Shown here one piece after another: positions 54,890-64,000 of a stretch of 64,000 nucleotides of DNA. This DNA is from Tetramitus jugosus (Eukaryota > Protista > Heterolobosea), in assembly GCA_937625935.1 (NCBI GenBank), contig OW569359.1, forward strand, positions 248,001 through 312,000. The letters are read 5' to 3'. Each line of letters begins with the position of its first letter. Within the stretch, counting starts at the first letter, position 1. The notes beneath the pieces were generated by a model. It was not told where the DNA came from. It saw only the letters and a list, made by a program, of their open reading frames with translations, and made no database searches. The position numbers and the translations under genes are program-made.

Positions 54890-54971
54890 TAAAGAAAGTG
54901 AAAATTCGAGCGTTGCCTATCCACTATCTCTTGTTTGCTGCTTCCGATCGGACTAGCCCGAATGTAAATAA

Positions 54972-54983
54972 TTTTGGCGGGAA
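54972..54983 (+). promoter_or_regulatory. E2F-like site TTTTGGCGGGAA upstream of POC1
   Basis: Matches the TTTSSCGS consensus, about 55 bp upstream of the ATG at 55038. Confidence 0.45.
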
Positions 54984-55037
54984 CAAAGCTCAACTGCTTT
55001 TCAGAAACTACGACATCTTGAACAAACGAAAACGATC

Positions 55038-56713
55038 ATGGTGAAGCCACAAAAGAGCTATACAAAAGCTGCATTTACCAACACAAGAGTAAACAACACT
55101 GATGACTTGGATTCTGAAGATCCAGTGCTCGAAAGAACCTTTCGGGGTCACAACGGCACGATCACAAGCATCGATTTTTGCCCAACAATGAAGAAATTGA
55201 CATCTGCCTCCATGGATGCAACAATAATGTTATGGAGCTTCAAACCTAACCTTAGAGCTTTTAAATATATTGGTCATGAGGTATGATAACTGGTATTCCT
55301 TCACGTTCTCACCTACAACTATTAACAACTATCAATAACAGAGAGGTCAAGGTGTTATGAGTGTTGTTTTCTCTCCATCTGGTAGGCTAGTAGCAACAGG
55401 ATCGAAAGATAAAACAATTCGAATCTGGGAAACAACAGTGTAAGTGTGAAACACATTCAAACTCTATTTGTTTAAATCCTAATCATCTCATTCTCTATGT
55501 TAGTGAAGGAAGATCCAAGGTCATAAAAGCTCACTCAGGAGCAGTTAGATGCGTTTCATTCTCTCAAGATGGAAGAAGATTGTTGAGTTCTTCTGATGAC
55601 AAAACCATCAAGTTATGGAGCATTGCAAATCAAAAATTTTTGTTTACTTTGCAGGGCCACACGAACTGGATCCGATGGGTAAGCTATTCCCCAGACGAAC
55701 GTTTGATTGCCTCTGCTTCTGATGATAAAACAGTGAAAATCTGGGATCCAAAACAGAATGCAGCCATTTACACACTGTACGATCATCAGGATCATGTGAA
55801 CTGTGTACAGTTTTCTCCGGATGGCAATTGTATTGCGGCCTGCAGTGCCGATCGAACTGTGAAAATATGGGATATTAGGACGAGAAGGTTAATGCAGCAC
55901 TATAACGCTCACGAAGATATGGTGAATCAAATCAGTTATCATCCGAGTGGCAACTTTTTACTGTCGTGCTCTAATGATGGAACAATGAAAATTTGGGACA
56001 CTAAAGAAGGCAGAATGTTCTACACGGTGGCTGGTCATGAAGGAGCTATTACTTCCTGCAAATTCTCACCTGAGGGAGATTTCTTTGGAAGTGGTGGTGT
56101 CGACAACAAGGTGATGGTCTGGAAAACGAACTTTGACAACTACATTAACCAAATACAGTACAAACCACCAACATCGTCCGAACACTTTAGAGTGGCAAAA
56201 GAGGAGGAGGAAAGAATGGCATCCAATCTGTTTTCCAATATTCACAACCCTTCACATGTGATGAGCGATGTGTTTAGCAGCCCAAATTCAGCAACATCCA
56301 CCCGATCCTCACCTCAAGTCAATGATCGCCATCAACACAGAGATTCCAATGGATACTTTGAAGCACCAAGATATCAACCACCTCCATTGCAAACTAGTGA
56401 GATGCCCACACAAGTTGCCTCTGCTCTGGAGCACATTATTCGTCAATTAGATATCCTCACTCAGACTGTGAAAGTCATGGAAGAACGATTGACGCTTACG
56501 GAAGAAAAAGTAGCAAAGATTGAATCCACTCAAAGACACGTGCTACAGCAGCAATTGGACGAGAAGCAACACGCAATTCTTGTTCAAAAGAGAAGAGTAT
56601 CAGAGTTTGTACAAACTCATCCTGTTGTCTCCCCTCCATCGAGCTTTGTCCTTGCCCAAGATCTACCAGAGGAGGAACTACCAGAGTTATCGGAAGAAAT
56701 GGGCGATGTATAA
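55038..56713 (+). CDS. POC1: Centriolar protein POC1 (WD40 + Poc1 coiled coil); 3 exons
   Basis: EDPVLERTFRGH..RAFKYIGH; introns 55281-55341 and 55440-55503; WD40 repeats; C-terminal LEHIIRQLDILTQTVKVMEERLTLTEEK. Confidence 0.95.
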
Positions 56714-56815
56714 ATCATGTGTCAAATTCAATCATATTTGTAGACATTGTACCTCTTCCTCTTAACCGCTCACATGAAACCACACAGCTACAAAGAATGG
56801 ATGATCACACTTTGA

Positions 56816-57835
56816 TTAACGTTGATTCTGCTTTTTCGCAATCACTCGATCAAGAAAATTCTCCACCAATCGCTTCTGTGATAGTGTCACTCGAGCAGAA
56901 TCCAACTCTAAATAATCAGCAAAAATATTCTGTTGCAATCGAGATGCCATAGCCCTTGTGCTCATCATTTGCTTCTGACTCGTCTCTCCATTCGGATAAT
57001 ACTCACCCATAAACAACAGTTTTGACAACAGATAGAATGACAATTTTCCAACAATAGAAACGCAGGAAAGCAATTGTTGTGGCCACAGTTCGAACAAGGA
57101 TTGTGATCGTCTGTTGCTATCATAGGCCATAAAACCTCCACCACTGCCACCTCTTTCATCTCCCACGGTCATTGGTAAATCAAAAGATGCTGATGCACCA
57201 CTACCACCACTACTACCAGTACTTGAATGATTTCCAATCATTAACACTGGTACTTGATTATTTTGCTCAAACAACGAACCAGTTGTTGTTGTTGTTGATG
57301 ATGTGTTCTTCCATCTCTTATTCAATTGTTGTTGTTGCAACATTGGAGAATAACGTGATTGCTGTTGTTCTTCGACATAATTCGAGTGTGCTGTAGTGGT
57401 AGTAGTAGCAGTAGGTGATAAAAATGGATCAATCTTCTCATCCCAAAAGTGTAAGCTATTGACATCGTTCAAATCAAACATGAACACGATGCCATCATAG
57501 GACTGTGATTGGAAAAAGGTTCGATTGGCCTTTGGTACATCAAAGTGCTTTGCTCCTATATCGAACCAATCCACAAAATAAAACAACATGTTGTTATTTG
57601 ATGGTTGTTGTTGTTGTTGATCATTATTGTTGTTGTTGTAGCTACTACTCTGGTGAATGTGAGAATGAATATCGACACCAATCGTACTATTCCTGTTGAT
57701 GTTTTTAGATTGGTTAAAGTTGTTGTTGTTGTTGTTCATCATCAAGTCAATGAATTGATTGATAAAGTGAGTTTTGCCGACGAGTGAATCACCTACGAGG
57801 AGGATACGGATCGATGGTGGATTGTTGGTGTTCAT
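56816..57835 (-). CDS. Rab-like 3 (RABL3/LIP1)-like small GTPase, divergent
   Basis: ILLVGDSLVGKT, STIGV, YFVDWFDIGA, YDGIVFMFDLND and VPVLMIGN; no prenylation motif. ATG at 57835. Confidence 0.7.
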   Translation of the reverse strand: MNTNNPPSIRILLVGDSLVGKTHFINQFIDLMMNNNNNNFNQSKNINRNSTIGVDIHSHIHQSSSYNNNNNDQQQQQPSNNNMLFYFVDWFDIGAKHFDVPKANRTFFQSQSYDGIVFMFDLNDVNSLHFWDEKIDPFLSPTATTTTTAHSNYVEEQQQSRYSPMLQQQQLNKRWKNTSSTTTTTGSLFEQNNQVPVLMIGNHSSTGSSGGSGASASFDLPMTVGDERGGSGGGFMAYDSNRRSQSLFELWPQQLLSCVSIVGKLSFYLLSKLLFMGEYYPNGETSQKQMMSTRAMASRLQQNIFADYLELDSARVTLSQKRLVENFLDRVIAKKQNQR

Positions 57836-57990
57836 GATGAGAATAGTAATAATGAGATTGGTTCGTCGTGTCAGACAGGACTTTGGTTTCTTCTTTTTGA
57901 TCTCTCTTGTCGGGGGAATCAGCAAGACGGGAGGCATTTCTTCAGGAAGTTGGATCGAACATGAGGGAAACAAGAATAAAAAGCAGAAAG

Positions 57991-58545
57991 ATGTCATCTC
58001 ATCATACAGATATGGTTTTCCAGGAAATCTTCACAACAGAAACAACTGCATGTACGTACTTGCAAGCCTGGATAGATTCACATCCAACTGCTGGCAATGG
58101 TGACAACTCCAGTTCGTTGTTAAACAGTGATCTCAGAACATCGATTCAAATGCACTTCAATCTGCTGGAATCCATCCGTGAGCCATTCCAAAACCACAAT
58201 TGGATCCAATTATCTCAACAATTTGAACAAAACTATGTCAATGTCATTCTGAACCAGAGCAACAACGACAACAGTAGCGATGGAAATCATAATTCTCCTT
58301 ACCTCAATGTATTAAGAAACAGTCAGGCAGTGAATATGAATCCAGTGAACCTCGATGAGGAGACTTGTATTCTCTGGAGTATTTTAGGTGCAAGAATATT
58401 TCGCTACTTCCTTTTGTTTCAAGACATTGAACGTCGATTGATCAAGAGCAACAGCTCACAAGACAATGATAACGCTACTTCAGCCTTGTTAGAAGTGGTT
58501 CAAAGAATTTTAGAGAAAATAACTCTAATCAAACAGTTGTTGTGA
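57991..58545 (+). CDS. Small protein with a degenerate DH (RhoGEF)-like domain
   Basis: VFQEIFTTETT (CR1 ELxxTE), FNLLESI, SPYLNVLRN and ARIFRYFLLFQDI (CR3 QRhxRYxLLh). A further exon after GTGAGT at 58542 is possible. Confidence 0.5.
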   Translation: MSSHHTDMVFQEIFTTETTACTYLQAWIDSHPTAGNGDNSSSLLNSDLRTSIQMHFNLLESIREPFQNHNWIQLSQQFEQNYVNVILNQSNNDNSSDGNHNSPYLNVLRNSQAVNMNPVNLDEETCILWSILGARIFRYFLLFQDIERRLIKSNSSQDNDNATSALLEVVQRILEKITLIKQLL

Positions 58546-58818
58546 GTATGAATATGGATTCTTCTGTTTTTTGGAATGATAATGGGACAGCAATTCGGAA
58601 TAGAACGCCATCCCACAAGTCACTTTGTGACTTTGAACAGTGAAGTTCATTTTATTCGAAGTTTCAGCAATTCACTAGGAACAGGTAAGAGAAAATGTTG
58701 TTGAAACCTCGACTCACTCATCATCACGTTGCACAAGACGTAGAATAAAACAGTGACGGTATAACTACATTGAAATGAATTTATTGTTGAGGAATCAACT
58801 CTCAACCATTTTAGGAGT

Positions 58819-60804
58819 TTAGTCAACCTTGATGTTTCTGTAGATGCGCTTTACAAAAATGCTGGTTCCTATGTATCCGATACTGCCACAGAGCACACTC
58901 AAACCAAAACTGAACAAGCCCATAGAGGCATAGTAGAAGCAGAATTGGAAAAATCCTTGCATCTTGGTCTTTGTGTTGAAGAAGTAGACGGCATATAGGA
59001 AGACATAGAGTGCAGTCGAGCTGGATGACCAATAGGCAGTCCATGTCCATCGATGATCCTCTGCATTGAGCAAAAAGTAGGTGCTGACAATGGAGACACA
59101 CATGGTCACAATAATCAAAATGACAAACACCAACAGCATAAATCCATAGACATAGTAGAACTTGTAGTGCCAAAATGATGTGAACACAAAGTACATCTCA
59201 ATGAAAATGGATCCAAATGGTAGAATACCTCCAGCAAGAATTAAAACTGCTCTGCTCAAGTACCATGGCTTCTGAGGTATTGGTCTGGAGATTTGATTGA
59301 CTCTGCATGGGAAGTCCGCCTTTCCAGCAACATTTCTACCAACAATTGTACCGATAAAGGTCAATGGCACTGTGATCAGTGCCCACATGGCAAAGACTGA
59401 AAATATGGTTCCAACAGGGATCGCAGCCAATGTGCTGTATGCGAGCGCCAAAGAGTTCATACCAAATGCAACAATGAAGATAACACCTGGAAACAGAGTA
59501 GCTGACAACAACATGGTTCTGATCCAATTCTGGCCCTTGTACTTCAAATAGAGAGATCCACTGAAATATCCAGATGCAAATGATGTCAATGAATAAATGA
59601 CAATGAATGATGTCAAAACAGCTCCTCTCGTGTCATAATACGATCCCAAAATAGAGAACACAATCAATGCAAAGACAATGATAATCAACTGCCAACCAGT
59701 TCCAATCAATGCACAGAACAATGGCAAAAAGGAAGGAGGTCTAAACACGTCACCATGCACTTGCTTCCATCCACTATCATCGGCAAACTCAGAATCTGAG
59801 TCATATCCTTCTTCAGCATCGTGATACTCTGCCAAATCAGTCTTCAATGTTCTCACCAAAATCATGAACACCAATCCAGCCAAGAACAACACCATCATAA
59901 ATGAATTGAAAATGGAGAACCAGTGAATCTTATGCTCAAAGAACTTGTGATCCAAATAGCTTCTAAAACGTCCTTCGAATGTAACATCAGAACTGACCCA
60001 TTCAACAGAATATGTGAATTGGACGTTTGCTCCTTCCACAATAGGAACAGGATTCTCTGCTGTTAAGCTCACTTGAACAATCTAATGAATGACAACAAGC
60101 AAAAAAAATTGAAGAGTTAGTGAGTCAATTCATGTGTCACCCCATTTTGAGTTTCAAACTTGACATGTGAGCAGATGGTGTACATACATTCTGGTCATTG
60201 TATCCAATAGAGAACTTTTGGTGAGTGTACAAATAGTTTACATGATTTGAGCTCTTGTCTTTGGCAACACCACCCACCATGGCCCATATTGGCAAATCAT
60301 CAATATAGAATTGATACCAATAGTGATTCTCAACAGCATAGACAAACTTTTTGACAAAGTCCTTGCTCAGAGTAATAGAGCAAATGGGTTTGTGCTCCAA
60401 TTCATTCTCTATACATACGAAAAAAAAGAGTCAGTCGATCCACGTTGGCGCTCAAAAACAAAAGAGTTCTACTACGACGCGAAAAAGCTTTCGCGCACAC
60501 AGACTCACATACGTCTAAAAACAAGCGAAATTCGACTCTTGACCAACTCCATTCCCTGTAGAGCTTCACCAAGTGATGGATTCTTGTAAACCATCTTGTC
60601 AGGCTTACAGAAAGGCAATGTATAATAACCATAGGTCTCTTGTGGATTGTAGTGAGGTCCTACGTGATTTGCCCACACAATCACATTCTCACCAACTTCG
60701 TACTTGTGTGTTTTTTCATCAGCAGTCACAAGTGTAGCTGTCAGTGCAAGTGTGATCAATGCGACAAACAATAAAAATCGAACAGTGGGTGATTGACGCA
60801 TCAT
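58819..60804 (-). CDS. TM9SF3: Transmembrane 9 superfamily member 3 (nonaspanin); 3 exons
   Basis: Signal peptide, NHVGPHYNPQETYGYY, introns 60409-60512 and 60082-60187, IHWFSIFNSF, GWKQVHGDVFR and C-terminal IYRNIKVD (KxD). Confidence 0.95.
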
Positions 60805-61104
60805 TGATGATGACAACGTTTTTTGATTTTGGCGCATATTCTTCTTCTCCTATATGTTATGGATGCGCGCGACAACGACGATTAATGAAATTGGATGAAA
60901 GGATCAGTCGAAGCAACAAAAAAAAATCTTCTTGTTTTCTCTCTGCTCTTTTTTTTCGTTTCTTGCTCTGTTTCTTTGTCAAAAACAGATTCCCACAAGA
61001 GTAAATGTGTGATGCGGCCGATTCGGAGAATATTATTTTGGCGCGATCAAGAAACACATGAAACAACAAGAACTCCAAAGTAGAAGAATTAATTGGTGAA
61101 CAAG

Positions 61105-62183
61105 ATGGAGGTGATTGATCTGACAGGTGATGGTGGTGTATTGAAGAAACAAGTTCTAGAGAGTGGAATATTGGATGAGCCAACATGTCCCAAAAATTCA
61201 ATTGTAACAGGTAAGTAATGTTGTCATCAGAGTTTGACTTTGTTGATTGTTCGATACGTGTTTCCGCTCACATTGCCGTATATATTTTGATTGTACCAGT
61301 TCATTACATTTCTCGGTATGCCTCCTCTGGTATCGAATTGGACAATAGTTTTCTTCGCAACAAGCCAGAAGAGTTCATTGTTGGTTCAACAGTTGCAGCA
61401 GAAGAAGTTGAGATGAACCGAAAAACGAGTAGTTGTTCACAGGTGGTCATCCCAGGTGTCGACATTGCCATTCGATCCATGAAGAAGAATGAGAGAAGCA
61501 CTTTCTGGATCAGTGCAAAATATGGTCACACGGGTTATGGTGATATCTCAAAAAACAAGAGAGCTGTTGGTTATGCCGATCAACCAAAGGCCAACGAAGA
61601 TCTCGAATTTGAAATCAAATTGTTGAATTGGCGGCCGAACGATGACAAATCATTGGAGGACAGTTGGGTGTTGCCTTTTGATGAAAAAGTGAAGATGGCT
61701 CAGCGATTAAAGGACGATGGAACAATGTATTTTAAGGAGAATCGATTCTTGAAGGCATTTCGTCTCTATAAAAGAGCAGTAAATACATTGAAGAGAAAGA
61801 GATCGTCATCGCAACAAAACGAAGAATTGAGCGACAGCATGAAGAAGCAAATGAATGAATTGATGATTCCGTGCCTGATGAACATGTCTGCTTGTTGTCT
61901 AAAGCTAAAAAATAGAGAACAGGATTGCATCTCGTATTGTACACAGATTCTGGAGGAATACAAGGATGTTTTGACAGCTGATCAGAAGCTGAAGACTCTG
62001 TTCAGGCGAGGGCAGGCCCATTTGCAACTTTCTGATTATGAGAAGACACGAGAGGACCTGACATTAGCCAAGCAGATCTCACCCGATAACAAGGCTGTAG
62101 CAGCAGAACTTCGAAAACTTCAGCAGGAAGAAGATGCCTACAAGAGAAAATTGAAGAAAATGTATTCGAACATGTTCGATTGA
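61105..62183 (+). CDS. FKBP-type peptidyl-prolyl isomerase with TPR domain (Hsp90 co-chaperone); 2 exons
   Basis: Exon 1 MEVIDLTGDGGVLKK; intron 61211-61299 gives V|HY. VIPGVDIAIRSMKKNE, KYG, LEFEIKLL; TPRs with clamp residues (KDDGT, NMSAC, KTLFRRG). Confidence 0.9.
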
Positions 62184-62217
62184 GTACACACTATTTATGC
62201 AAAAAATGGAAGTTGTT

Positions 62218-63701
62218 TTATGGTGCCTCCTTGTGTATTATGCTAGGTCCATGCTCTTCAAAGTCCTTCTTTGAGATGAACATGGGCTGGAAGGTACCCA
62301 AGCTGGCCAGAATGGATCCTCCGATCCAAGTACTGAACTTTCTCTCAACAGGCAATTGAGATGCAGCCAACGGTGCCTTGACTCTAATGTTGCTTGGTGC
62401 TCTGGCAATCAACTCCTTTTCCATTCTCTTGGGCAGTCCATTGAACAGTGTTGTACCACCTGCGAGTATAGTGCTGCCAAATAGTTCCTTCCTCACATCG
62501 GCATCACATCTCATAATACTCTCGTAGGCCAAGTGATGCAACGCGGTCGTGTTCTCCAACATTTCACCAATCGGTTCACTTGGAGATGGTTGGGCGTGAC
62601 TGTGTTGTGACTCTTGATACACTGGTTGATTGCTACCAGCAAGGATCGAACTAGGCTTGAACAAAGTTTCAATAAACGAATATCTCTCTGCTCCCAATGT
62701 TACATTGACTCCATCATTCATCTCGAATGCAATCTTTGGAGTGTTTTCATGTTCCGTAAATGGAGTTTCCGTCACTCGGAACATGGATTCCTTCACTTCA
62801 TTCACCACACTCATGGCAGCATATTGTCGATACGAGTTTGTGGCATTGGGGAACGATTGTTCATGAATCTTGAATCGATCTTGAGTCACTTTTTCTCTCC
62901 GAATCATATAACTTGGCTTCACGGGACATCCACGCTCCTTCTCCAACAGATTGAGAATATTGTTGGACAGTGCATCTCCACCATACAAGTTTCTAACGAT
63001 TCCCCTGGTCATGACATAACCGTCAATCACTGGCGTAACGCACGTACCACTCGCACCACACTCAACCACAAGTGCAGTGTACTTTGCGTTTGCAAACGCA
63101 GACAGGACTGGACTCTTGGCCAAGAAGATGGCTGGACTCTGGAACGTTTCAAACAAGAGACTTGCCATTTTTTCCCTGTTGAGTCTGCTATTGTACGACG
63201 GTTCAGCCATCAACAGTGGATGTTCATTGGAACGGACACCTAATCGATCATTCAACGCATAATCAATCAATTTTTCAGTGAGTTCCCAGTTTTCAATGAG
63301 TCCTGTTTGTGAGTTGAATGGTGATTCGACTTCCATGAAATCTCTGGGAAAGTTGAGTGCTTGTGATCCTACAAAGTACTCCTCTGTGGAACCTACTGTA
63401 GTTGATGTAGTAGTGGTTGCTGATGATGTTGTTGTTGTTGTTGTTGTTGATGATGATGATTGTTGATCCTTGTTGTGATAAACGACACCGACGTGCTGTG
63501 AAAAAGTCAAAAAAAAATTGAAATCATGCGTCAGCTTTTTGGTTGTTTTTCTCAGAGTATGACACAATCACGAAGAGAGCAACATACAGATGGAAAGATG
63601 GCTTTTGGTGTATCTTCGCCAGCAAAGCCAGCTTTTGTGGTTCTGGTGCCAATATCCATGACAATGGCGCCAATTTCATCTCCTCCTTCGAACAGCGACA
63701 T
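62218..63701 (-). CDS. ARP4: Nuclear actin-related protein ARP4/ACTL6; 2 exons
   Basis: [34 protein letters not shown], intron 63496-63587, [19 protein letters not shown] and [20 protein letters not shown]. Confidence 0.93.
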
Positions 63702-63762
63702 TTTGTGTTTTGGTTTTCTTTCTTTTTTTCGATGATCAAAATTCTCGTTTATTTTTCTCCGA

Positions 63763-64000
63763 CTAGCATTTGAAGATTAGATTGAGAATAAAGCGGAATA
63801 GGCCACTGAATACAACGACCGCAGGGGCTGTGACATCTGCAATGTGGAGCAGAGCAAAATCGATAATCACTGTAACGATAGACAGGGTAATGGAGTCGTT
63901 TGATTTTTCACTCGATACAGATGTCCACAGCAGGTACACAGAAGCATAAACCAATCCAACTGCAACTGCGTTGACTCCTACTAGCACTCGCTGGATGATA
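63763..64000 (-). CDS. Chromate ion transporter (CHR/ChrA) C-terminus, partial
   Basis: [22 protein letters not shown] matches the CHR-family motif GVNAAAVGL; followed by two TM segments. Confidence 0.65.
   Translation of the reverse strand, partial: IIQRVLVGVNAVAVGLVYASVYLLWTSVSSEKSNDSITLSIVTVIIDFALLHIADVTAPAVVVFSGLFRFILNLIFKC

Noticed and set aside
54911-54927. RFX X-box half-site (GTTGCC) upstream of POC1
   Set aside because: The second half-site is missing, and no X-boxes were seen at the other ciliary genes.
58610-58650. Two small hairpins (AAGTCAC-ttt-GTGACTT; TGAAC..GTTCA) as a SECIS or terminator
   Set aside because: Stems are too short, there is no SECIS core, and they are compatible with chance.
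1-64000. Alternative genetic code, frameshifts or pseudogenes to explain split ORFs
   Set aside because: Every split I examined resolves with an in-frame GT-AG intron, and all three stop codons end conserved proteins.

Overview
Very gene-dense eukaryotic nuclear DNA, AT-rich, standard genetic code (TAA, TAG and TGA all end genes). Short GT-AG introns of about 60-170 bp, often with CTAAC/CTGAC-like branch points; many intergenic gaps are under 200 bp. About 40 protein genes. Housekeeping: P-type ATPase, M17 LAP, eIF2-beta, IGHMBP2-like helicase, Utp3/Lcp5-type processome factor, WDR89, ADAL, MDH1, Nup188, PEX6, YJU2B, lipin, TM9SF3, FKBP-TPR, ARP4. Cilium/centriole: TTLL, PIERCE-like, ropporin-like, POC1. 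Patchily distributed enzymes: plant-type KCS, GPI-anchored S33 peptidase, MAO, ChrA. Several orphans. Content and style suggest a flagellate or amoeboflagellate protist, possibly heterolobosean/Naegleria-like (inference only). No tRNA, rRNA, CRISPR or autonomous mobile element was seen, and no clear multi-gene novel system. Best leads: (i) one protein combining Utp3/Sas10 and Lcp5/neuroguidin signatures; (ii) a recurrent promoter-proximal CGGAGAAA element plus E2F-like sites; (iii) a P-loop pseudo-kinase; (iv) a head-to-head degenerate RABL3 / DH-like pair; (v) exons and genes missed by the ORF track. All family calls come from motif recall, not database searches.
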